64,000 bases of DNA from the human T2T-CHM13v2.0 reference genome, Homo sapiens: the NCBI RefSeq assembly GCF_009914755.1, contig NC_060943.1; one strand, given 5' to 3'. The notes under the pieces are model-generated. The model was given only the letters and a program-made list of their open reading frames with translations, did not search any database and was not told the DNA's origin. This document shows, in pieces, positions 1-23,586 of this stretch (positions within the stretch are counted from its first letter, which is position 1; each line of letters begins with the position of its first letter). The translations under genes and the position numbers were made by a program.

Positions 1-18
1 CGGGCGTGGAACTGTTAC

Positions 19-458
<440 letters not shown>

Positions 459-832
459 TGACATTTCTCTTACAGCCAAAGGTCCAAGAAGCATCTTCTC
501 CGCAGCCCCTCCCTCCCCGCACCTGCCAGCATGTGCTGCCTCCAGGGCCCCCGGCTGCCCACATGGCTTGGATTGAGGGTCTCAGCAGCGGTGAGCTCCT
601 TGCTCAGAAGGCCGGCAGACTCGGGTCCCCGCTTGGCAGCTACCTCCTGAGAACAGGAGGCCCAGCCTTCACCTTTCACCGGGTGGTAGGAGGTGGCCTT
701 GCCTGTCATCACTGTGCCCCTCATCCAGCCTCCAGCCACCACAGCTTGGTCTTATGTCTCCCGCTCCATCCATCCCACTCCAAACTCAGCCTGCTATGTC
801 TTCAGATGACCCCTGCATTAATGATAAAGAGG

Positions 833-2976
<2,144 letters not shown>

Positions 2977-2980
2977 TCAC

Positions 2981-3151
2981 GTATTTCCTTCTGGCCTCCT
3001 GGAGCACGTCTGATTCTTCTAGCCTTCTGGCCTCGTCACGGAATTTTTTTATACTTTCTTTCATTTCTTTGTTTTTGGCTAATTCTTGTTTGACATTATC
3101 TAGCAAGCCGGACAGAAAGCCTTTTCTGTTTCCAGAAGAATATGATTTGGA
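2981..3151 (-). CDS. TIMM44: TIMM44 coding exon 3 (SKSYSSGNRKGFLSGLLDNVKQELAKNKEMKESIKKFRDEARRLEESDVLQEARRKY)
   Basis: ttctag|TCCAAA...AAATAC|gtgagt; 171 nt, open frame; Tim44 N-terminal helical region. Confidence 0.96.
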
Positions 3152-3324
3152 CTAGAAAGAATGTACAAGAAAAAAAATTTAAAGAACATAGTAGAACATA
3201 GAATGAAATGCCCCACAGAGGGACTCAGGGATTTTTTTAAATGTTCTCTTTTCGGTTGATATACATTTAATGATGATTAGCTATCTCTTTTATAATAATC
3301 ATAAAAAACAAAGAAACAGCAGGT

Positions 3325-8010
<4,686 letters not shown>

Positions 8011-8558
8011 GAAAAAAGAAAAAACGAAGAGCACGAGCAATATGAAGTACTACTTTCTGAGTGCGCCTTACACGTCTTGACTGCCACTGCCCTGTGGACC
8101 CAAGAGCCTGCTAGGGCGCGAACCACCTCTCGCACATCCACAATGAACGTTAGAAGAAACGAGACAAGAAATGCTCTCGGTAGAGAACTTGGCATTTAAC
8201 CGCGAGCTGTGAATTTCACGTTTTTTTGCCTTCCCCTCTACTTTTTTCCACGGGACGCCGCCGCCCCGGCTACCATTCTCTCTCCTGTATACGTGGAGTC
8301 TGATCAGAGGGCGAAGGGTGATCAGCTCCCTCCCAGGTCCCGCGCATCGCCGCCCCCTGCCCGGTAAGCTCGGTCCCCGCCCTCAGGCCACGCTCTGTGC
8401 CCCCTGTCCTGGCCTCTGCTACCCAAAGATCTAACCCCAAGCTTTCTAAGGAGCCCAAGCAAGGGTCGCGAAGGCCAAGGGTCTGAGAAGAAAGCCTTGG
8501 TGGCCGAAGGCCCAGAAGACCCCTAAGCTCGCCCTGCCAGCGCCGCACCGCCGCTCAC

Positions 8559-8603
8559 CCGTGGACAGCGGCACCAGCCACTCCGCAGGGCCGCCGCCGC
8601 CAT
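8559..8603 (-). CDS. TIMM44: TIMM44 coding exon 1 (MAAAALRSGWCRCPR; start of mitochondrial presequence)
   Basis: Minus strand reads ATG GCG GCG GCG GCC CTG CGG AGT GGC TGG TGC CGC TGT CCA CGG|gtgag; 45 nt; matches the recalled human TIM44 N-terminus; lies in a CpG island. Confidence 0.96.
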
Positions 8604-8607
8604 GTTG
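8596..8607 (-). promoter_or_regulatory. TIMM44: TISU element / YY1 site overlapping the TIMM44 start codon
   Basis: Minus strand CAACATGGCGGC is an exact match to the TISU consensus SAASATGGCGGC; plus strand GCCGCCATGTT fits the YY1 motif. Confidence 0.75.
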
Positions 8608-9320
8608 GAGAATCGTGTGACCTTCTCGCGGCGCGGCCCGGTTGCGTCATCCGCCGCTTCGGCCTAGAGCCGCGCAAGCCTGAGAAAAGCCGCTCCAGGA
8701 GCGGGGTTTCGGGTAGGGAGAGCCCTCCGATTGGGTCCGTCATAGGGCGGGGCATTAAAAGGGTAGGGAATGCCTAGAGAGCTTGACCTCTGATAGGGCA
8801 GTGTTTTGGAAGGACGGGGCCCGTGACTGGATGTGGCCCGGGGGAGGGCACTCCTGGGAGGGTCAGATCTGTGATTGGGCGCGACTACGAGGGGGCGGAG
8901 CCCAGGGGCGTGTATTCCGTCACTTGCGGTGATTCGGCTACAGAACGCGCCGGGCGCTGGTGGCAGGTGGTACAGGCACGTGGATCCACCGACCACAAGG
9001 ACGGATTCGATTGGATTCTGATTGACCGGCGGACCAGCTCCAGAGTAATTGTCTATGGCTGCCCCTGCAATGACTGATTGATTGACAATGGCTGAGAGAC
9101 CAGCAAGTGAGTCGCTCCGAGAAAGCGAAGGAGCCCACTCTTGTGCGGCGCTTTGGGAAGACGCCTGTTGGTTTTGACCCCGAATAAGAAGAGGAAGCTG
9201 AGAGCGGGCTGACTGTGGTCCAGTCCTACTTCGATTCAGTGTGAACTGACACTCTGATCTGAAGACGCTCAGGCCTTTGTCATTTCAGCACCCCAGATGC
9301 TATTTTCCATTCGAAGAATG

Positions 9321-9337
9321 CCGCCACCAGGTGGCGG
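9321..9337. promoter_or_regulatory. CTCF-like motif, palindromic
   Basis: CCGCCACC-A-GGTGGCGG contains CCACCAGGTGGCG (CTCF core CCACYAGRKGGC). Confidence 0.6.
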
Positions 9338-9856
9338 TATTTTAACATGGCCATGCAATCCGGGTATGAGGAGGAGGGTTGGTCCCCTGGGAGAGCTAAT
9401 GTATGTTGCTGTTGCTGTTTGTCTTATTGGATCCTTTTTTTTTTTTATAGAGCCAGAGGCTTGCTCTGTCACCCAGGCTAGAGTGCAGTGTCGTAATCTA
9501 GCTCACTGCAGCCTCCAATTCCCAAGCTCAAGCGATCCTCCTGCCTCAGCCTCTGAGTCACTGGGATTACAGGCGTGAGCTACCGCACCCGGTCTTTTTG
9601 CATTACTAACCTGTGATATGGGTTTATGGGACTTCATTATTTCAAAGGGAGGCAGCTTGGCCCCGGAGAGCATGCATTCCTGGCTTCTGCGATGGATAGA
9701 CTTGTGTTCTCCATCTCAGGAGCTCCCCCTCAAGGTGGGGGTAAGAGATGAGGGCTTCCACTCTGGCTTTGTTCGAGATGTCTTGATGCCAAGAGGAGCA
9801 AACTAGTTAAGCGGTTGGTGTACACAGGTGTGTTGCTAAGAATAAGGTCTGGGCTA

Positions 9857-10012
<156 letters not shown>

Positions 10013-10140
10013 TTACAACAAATACAAAACATTAGCTTGGCGTGGTAGCATGTGCTTGTAGTCCCAGCTACTCAGGAGGCTGAGATGGGAGGATCGTTGA
10101 GGCCCGGGAAGTTAAGGCTGTAGTGAGCCGTGATCGTGCC

Positions 10141-10170
10141 ACTACACTACACTACACTACACTACACTAC
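10141..10170 (+). repeat. (ACTAC)6 microsatellite inside an Alu right arm
   Basis: actacactac x3 in place of the Alu 'actgcactc' segment. Confidence 0.85.
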
Positions 10171-10593
10171 CTGGGCAACAGAGAGAGACCTTGTGTCAAA
10201 AAAAAAGAAGAAGAAAGAAAGAGAGAGAGAGAAAGGAAAGAAAGAAAACTACAGCATTGGACACTCAGAGGCAGTGTGTCATATAAGCATGTCAAAGACC
10301 CAAAGATAAAGTGGAGATAGAAGACTCCTTTAAGCCAGGATCCGTGGCTCAGTCCTATTATCCCAGCAACTCAGGAGCCTGAGGCAGGAGCATCATTTGA
10401 GCCCAGGAGTTACAGACCAGTCTGGGCAACATAACGAGACCCTATCTCTACAAAAATAAAAAAATAAGCCAAGCATGGTGTCTCTCGCCTGGAATTCCAG
10501 CTACTTAGGAGGCTGAGGTGGGAGGATCTCTTGAGCCCATTAGTTAGAGGCTGCAGTGAGCTATGATCACCCACTGCACTCCACCCTGGGTGA

Positions 10594-10815
<222 letters not shown>

Positions 10816-10893
10816 TAGCCAGGATGGACTCGATTTCCTGACCTCGTGATCCGCTTGCCTCGGCCTCCCAAAGTGCTGGGATTACAGGCGTGA

Positions 10894-11081
<188 letters not shown>

Positions 11082-11143
11082 TAGTAGAGACGGGGTTTCT
11101 CCATATTGGTCAGGCTGGTCTCGAACTCCTGAACCTCAGGTGA

Positions 11144-11458
<315 letters not shown>

Positions 11459-11587
11459 TGACCTCGTGATCCACCTGCCTTGGCCTCCCAAATTGCTGGG
11501 ATTACAGGCGTGTGCCACTGCGCTCAGCACTGTGGGAGGCCGAGATGGGCAAATCATGAGGTCAGGGGATCAAGACCATCCTGGCTA

Positions 11588-11770
<183 letters not shown>

Positions 11771-12250
11771 TCAAAAAAAAAAAAAAAAAGGAAGACAATC
11801 TGGAGGAACTTGGAGAAGGCAGATGGAAACAGCAGAGGCGAGTGCTGCACAGTTCAGGCAAGGCAAGGACAGAAATGTAGCCACCGCCATTGCATTTTGC
11901 AATATGGAGGTCATTGGTGAGATAAGCAAGAGGGGTTTTGGGTGAGTGGTGGGCCTGGGAGCCAGATTTCAGTGAGTGGAGATGGTTTTACAGAGGCATG
12001 CTGGGGCCAGCTTGCACTGACTCGCAAGAGCCAGCCGGCACATCTTCAAGAATTCAAAGCCTCTTGTTAAACATGGCCAATATGTAAACAATTAATTGTA
12101 TAAACTTAAGATCAAATAGATTATATTAGAACAAAAGTAATAATGCAAAATTCATCACTTTCTAATTATGCTGCTACATGTTACTACTATCTGTGCTCTT
12201 GAGGGTTTTTGTTTTTGTTTTGAGACAGTCTCACTCTATCGCCCAGATAG

Positions 12251-12415
<165 letters not shown>

Positions 12416-13776
12416 TGATCTCGAACTCCTGGGCTCAAGCGATCCTCCCACCTTGACCTCCCAAAGTGCTGGGATGACCAGCACAAGCCACAGAGCCTGG
12501 CTACTTTTTAAAATTTTTTGTAGAGACAGGCTGGGTGCAGTGGCTCACACCTATAATCCCAGCACTTTGGGAGGCCGAGGTGGGTGGATCACTTTAGGCC
12601 AGGAGTTTGAGACCAGCCCAGCCAATATGGTGAAACCCCGTCTCTATTAAAAATACAAAAATTAGCCAGATGTGGTGGTGCATGCCTGTAATCCCAGCTA
12701 CTCAGAAGGGAGGCTGAGGCAGCAGAATTGCTTGAACCTGGGAGGCAGAGGTTGCAGTGAGCCAAGATTGCACCACTGCATTCTAGCCTGAGTGACACAG
12801 CGAGACTCTGTCTCAAATAAGTAAATAAATAATCTTTTTGTAGAGACAGAGTCTTGCTATGTTGCCTAGGCTGGTCTCAAACCCCTGGGCTCACTCGATC
12901 CTCCCACCTCGGCCTCCCAAAGTGCTGGGGTTACAGGCATGAGCCACTGCACCTGGCTTATCTTGGGGTTATTTACATATATGATGTCTGCGTGCTGGAA
13001 ATACTATATTATGTGAGTCACTGCATTGTGTACCAGTTCTGTTTGATGATGCCATCTTTGTAGCTTGAAATCACCTACAAGCAGATCAGCCACAAGTGGT
13101 GGGAGTATTTACACCACAGGAATTGGCAGACATTCCAAGTCAGGAGCTCTTTGGTTGGTTTGTTTCTCTGGTGAGCCAGTTATTAAACATTTCACCAGCA
13201 CAGCGGTGGTTGAGAATACTGGGACACAGAACACAGACTCTTCCCAGGAATATTCACTGTGCACAGAAGGTGAAATGATGGCAGCTGGAAGAACATATGG
13301 GAAGGAGCGAGAGTGCTTTGTTTTCCCCAACTTTTTATTTTGCAAAATTTCAAAGCTACAAAAAAAAAATTGCAAGAATAGTATACGAGGCTGGGCACGG
13401 TGGCTCACACCTGTAATCTCTGCACTTTGGGAGGCCGAGATGGGCGGATCATCTGTGGTCAGGAGTTCGAGACCAGTCTAGCCAACATGGTGAAACTGCG
13501 TCTCTACAAACAAAACAAAACAAAACAAAAAAACAAAAACAAAAATTAGCCGGGCATGGTGGCGCACGTCTGTAACCCAGCCACTCGGGAGGCTGAGGCA
13601 GAAGACTCACTTGAGCCCAGGAGGTGGAGGTTGCAGTGACCCAGGATCCTGCCACTGCTCTCCAGCCTGGGTGACAGAGTGAGACTCCATCTCAAAAAAA
13701 TTTTAAAAATATTGGCTAGGCGCAGTGGCTCACGCCTGTGATCCCAGCACTTTGGGAGGCCGAGGCGGGCGGATCA

Positions 13777-14250
<474 letters not shown>

Positions 14251-14447
14251 GTTTGCACTCCTATGAGAATCTAATGCCGCTGCTGATCTTACAGGAGGCT
14301 CCAGTGATGGGGAGCGGCTGTAAATACAGATGAAGCTTTGCTGCCTGCCTGCTCACTGCCTGCCTGCTCACCTCCTGCTCTGCGGCCCAGTTCCTAACAG
14401 GCCACAGACAGGTACCAGTCTATGGCCCAGATGATGCAGACCCCTGT
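14251..14447 (+). mobile_element. MER1-like hAT DNA transposon fragment
   Basis: ctcctatgagaatctaatgccgctgctgatct...gcggcccagttcctaacaggccacagac...gacccctg matches recalled MER1 text. Confidence 0.7.
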
Positions 14448-14452
14448 CTTAA

Positions 14453-14812
<360 letters not shown>

Positions 14813-15558
14813 TGATGTGATTATTATACATCGTATGCCTGTATCAACATATGTCCTGTAGACCATAAGTATATACACCTACTACGTACCCACTAAAATT
14901 AAAAATAGGCAGGGCACGGTGGCTCACACCTGTAATCCCAGTACTTTGGGAGGATTGCTTGAACCCAGGAGTTCGAGAATAGCCTGGGCAACACAGTGAA
15001 ACTCCGTCTCTACAAAAAAAAAACACAAAAAAATTAGCCAGGTGTGGTAGAGAGTGGCTGTTGGTCCCAGCTACTCAGGAGGCTGAGGTGGGAGGATTGC
15101 TTGAGCCCAGGAGTGAGAGGCTGCAGTGATTGCACCACTGCACTCCAGGTAACTAAAGTACAATGGGGCCGGGTGTGGTGGCCCTTGCCTGTAATCCCAG
15201 CACTTTGGGAGGCTAAGGTGGGTGGATCGCTTGACGTCAGGAGTTCAAGGCCAGCCTGGCCAACATGGTTAAAACGTGTCTCTACTAAAAATACAAAAAT
15301 TAGCCGGGTGTGGTGGCGGGTGTCCGTAGTCCCAGCTACTCGGGAGGCTGAGTCAGGAGAATCACTTGAACCTGGAAAGCGGAGGTTGCAGTAAGCTTAG
15401 ATCGCACCACTGCACTCCAGCCTCAGCAACAGAGAGAGACTCCGTCTCAAAAAACAAAAATAGAGGCCAGGCACAGTGGCTCACGCCTGTAATCCCAGCA
15501 CGTTGGGAGGCTGAGGCGGGTGGATCAAGAGGTCAGGAGATCAAGACCATCGTGGCTA

Positions 15559-16705
<1,147 letters not shown>

Positions 16706-18220
16706 GTGCCCCTCAGCCTCTTCCCTCTGGCTCCCAGCCCCCACCCACTCGCATTGGCTGTTGCGTGCAGGCCTCTGCCATCTGTCTGCCTTCTGTCTGG
16801 CTTCCTTTCCACTTCTGTACCTTCTACCCAGCGGACTCCTCCATCTCCGGTTCTCCTTCTCGAGGTATAATTATAGCTGCTGGCACTAGTGCCTGTCTCC
16901 TCTGTGCCAAAGTGTGTTCCTGGCCATCAGAGGCCGTATCTTATTAACACCAACCCGGTAACCCTGGGAGGCAGGAGCTATCATTAGCTCTCTTATACCA
17001 AAGCGATGCAGCACCCAAGGCTTCCAGAGAGGAAGGGGGATGCCCAGGGCCACGCAGCTAGCATGTAAAAGATAATCTGTCACCTGGGCATGGTGGCACA
17101 TGCCTGTGGTCCCAGCTACTCAGGAAGCTGAAGTGGGAGGAGTGATTGAGCCCAGGCGTTCGAGGCTACAGTGGGCTGTGATTGCACCATCGCACTCCAG
17201 CCTAGGCGACAGAGGGAGACCCTGTCTCAAAAATTAAAATAGAAGCCCGGCACGGTGGCTCACGCCTGTAATCCCAGCACTTTGGGAGGCCGAGGCAGGT
17301 GGATCACGAGGTCAGGAGTTCAAGAGCAGCCTGGCCAAGATGGTGAAACCCCGTCTCTACTAAAAATACAAAAATTAGCTGGGCGTGGTGGTGGGTGCCT
17401 GTAGTCCCAGCTCCTCAGGAGGCTGAGGCAGAGAATTGCTTGAACCCAGGTGGCGGAGGTTGCAGTGAGCCGAGTTTGTGACACTGCATTCCAGCCTGGG
17501 CAACAGAGTGAGACTGCGTGTCAAAAAAAAAAAAAAAAAAAAGAATTAAAATACAGTAATAAAATAAAATAAATAGCAGGGTGTGGTGGCATATACCTGT
17601 AGTCCCACGTACTCAGGAGGCTGAGGTAGGAGGATCGCTTGAGCCCGGGAAGTCAAGGCTGCAGTGAGCTATGATGCTGTCCACTCTAGCCTGGGTGACA
17701 CAGTGTGAGACACTGTCTCTAAAAAAATTCAAAACGGGCTGTGGCCAAGGCATCATTTCCTCCTGCCTGGATTCCCGACTTTCCGGAGGCCCTTAGCCCT
17801 ACCGGGGCAGTTCGGGCATCTCTCCTGAGAGGTCCCAGGTCCATTACAGGCTATTTCCACGGTCTCGACATCCCCAGCTCTTTGACGCTGGCCACTGGCC
17901 GGCCACGGGCTGTGGGTTGGGGGATCCGTGGCTTTCGCTGAGGACCCGCAGGCCTGTCTCCATGAGGCTTGACTTGATAGAAACTGGCACTGGGGCCTGT
18001 CCTGTCATACCTCCCCTTGTCAACTGCCCCTTCCTAGGTGCACCCTTCCCCCAATCTCTTATCCTAGGTTCTGTCAACTGGAAAGGAGCCTGATTCAGTG
18101 GCCTTGCCCAGGCCTGCTTCCTCTCCTCCCACCATGCGCTGGCTCTCTCAGCTGCAATTTCCTCTCCTTACCCATGCCCCACTCACTCCACGGGCCCTCG
18201 GCCAGCTGCCATTCCATTCC

Positions 18221-18600
18221 TCCTACCTCTCCTCCTCCACCTCCTCCTCCCTCTCCTTCTCCTCCTCCCCCTTCTCTCTCTCCTCCTCCTCTTCCTCCCT
18301 CTCCTCCTCCTCTCTCCTATTCTTCCTCCCTCACCTCCTTCCCCCTCCTCCTCCCCCTCCTCTCCTCCTCCTCCTCCCCCTCCTCCCCCTCCTCTCCTCC
18401 TCCTCCTTCTCCTCCTCTTCCTCCCTCTCCTCCTTCCCCCTCCTCCTCCCCCTCCCCCCTCCTCTCCTCCTTCTCCCCCTCCTTCCTCTCATCCCCCTCC
18501 TCCCTCTCCTCCTTCCCCCTCCTCCTCCTTCTCTCCTCCCCCTCCCCTCTCCTTCCTCTCCTCCCCCTCCTCCCCATCCTCCTCTTCCTCTTCCTCCACC
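18221..18600. repeat. Homopyrimidine/homopurine low-complexity tract (CCT/CT-rich)
   Basis: ~380 nt almost exclusively C/T on the plus strand. Confidence 0.95.
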
Positions 18601-18719
18601 ATCCCCCAGCATTAACATCCCTCACTGTAAGAAAACCAAACAGACAAAATGCCATCCTTGCAATGAAGGTGAAAGGCCACGGTCTACAAGAAGTCCTAAG
18701 ATGAACTGAAAAATTCTGA

Positions 18720-20080
<1,361 letters not shown>

Positions 20081-20184
20081 CTCCTCATACCAGTTCTCAG
20101 GACAGGTTGCTGAGAACTCCTCAGGCTCTGAGGACACTGAGGTGGGAGGGAAACCGCGCTCTCCCTGCCCCTTGCCCCCCAGCG

Positions 20185-22260
<2,076 letters not shown>

Positions 22261-22316
22261 AAGAAAGAAAAGAAAGAAAGAGAGAGAGAGAGAAAGAAAG
22301 AGAGAAAGAGAGAAAG

Positions 22317-22367
<51 letters not shown>

Positions 22368-22445
22368 AGGAAGGAAGGAAGGAAGGAAGGAAGGAAGGAA
22401 GGAAGGAAGGAAGGAAGGAAGGAAGGAAAGAAAGAAAGAAAGAAA
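22261..22445 (+). repeat. Compound (GAAA)n/(GGAA)15 microsatellite derived from an Alu tail
   Basis: Directly follows Alu ~21989-22260; 15 consecutive GGAA units at 22369-22428. Confidence 0.95.
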
Positions 22446-23580
22446 TGCAGATTCCCAGGCCCACACCAGACCTGCAGAAGCCGAATCTGCTTTGAAATGA
22501 TGCTCCCCCATGGGAGGCAGATGCATTCTTAAGTTTGGGAGGCGCAGACGCCCGGACCCTTTCTCCTGGGTTCACAGGTGGGGCGGTCAGGAGATCCATT
22601 AGCCTGAGCCAGTGGAGCTGCCCAGAGGCCGCAGGAGCCCCAGCTGTCGGCCCCTGGGGTCTGAACACCTGGGGGATGGCCCCGAGCGCTGTCAGGGCTC
22701 TGGCTGGAGCACAGCCCTGGCCCTTTGGCCCCAGGTGGTGTCAGACAACATGGGTTTTTCCTGGAAGCCGAGGGATCATTTAGTCACGTCTGGAAGAGAA
22801 GGTGATGAACACAGACCCACAAGACACACAAGCAATAGAGAAACTAGCAACTTGAAAACGGGCTCCGTAAATGCTTTCCGAGAGACCGGGCTGCGGGCCC
22901 ATGTTAGCTCAGCTCTCTGGGTGCTGGGCGCGACCATCCAGTCCTTGGCTGATTCTTGGTAGCAACTGTCACCATCCCTACTTGATCTCATTTTCCTGAG
23001 GATCTGGAGGGGGTGGGCAGCGTGGACCCATTTCACAGAGGGTAGAGCGGAGACTCAAGAGAGCCAGGGACTTTCCCCTGGGTGGCACGCTGGGGAGTGG
23101 TGTCAGAGCCAGGATTTGAACCTGGACTCTCTGACCTTGAGACCCCTAACCATTCCCATCCCAAAGGAGACAAAGGAGATCAGTCTCACGGAGGGGACAC
23201 TGAGGATGGCCCCAGGGCTCGGGAGTGACTATGGTTCCACATACAGACGAGGGAAGAGGCAGGATCCCCGGGTCACTGTTGGGGGAGCACTGGTGTGGGA
23301 AGCAGATGGAGGGGGGCCATACCCAGGGGCCACTCGGTGGGCCCACTGACCTGTGAACCTGGAGAAGAGGGGCATCTGGGTGGGAGCTGAAGGGCCGTGG
23401 GTCAGCCAGCACAGGGCACACCCGAACTGGGTGTCCCCTCGTGGGCTCCCGGGACCTGGCACAGGCTTACCTCGGAGGGAAGAGGTCCCCATCCCCTGGC
23501 ACTCTATTACTGGGCTGTGGGCTGCTCACAAGTCATACACCATCACCCCTACACCAGCACATCGCAATGATCCCACTTCA

Positions 23581-23586
23581 TTTATT
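23581..23586 (-). terminator. ELAVL1: Distal poly(A) signal AATAAA (~6-kb mRNA)
   Basis: Plus-strand tttatt at the end of the AT-rich UTR block, followed in the mRNA sense by GU-rich sequence (UGUGCUGGUGUAGGGGUGAUGGUGU). Confidence 0.75.

Larger units (their letters stand above)
8250..9150. promoter_or_regulatory. TIMM44: CpG-island promoter of TIMM44 with GC boxes and several CCAAT (ATTGG) boxes
   Basis: High GC and CpG density around exon 1; GGGCGG at ~8746 and ~8893; ATTGG at ~8730, ~8874 and ~9010; no TATA box seen. Confidence 0.85.

Noticed and set aside
18098-18709. Pro/Ser/Leu-rich and Glu/Gly/Arg-rich ORFs
   Set aside because: Translations of the CCT low-complexity tract.
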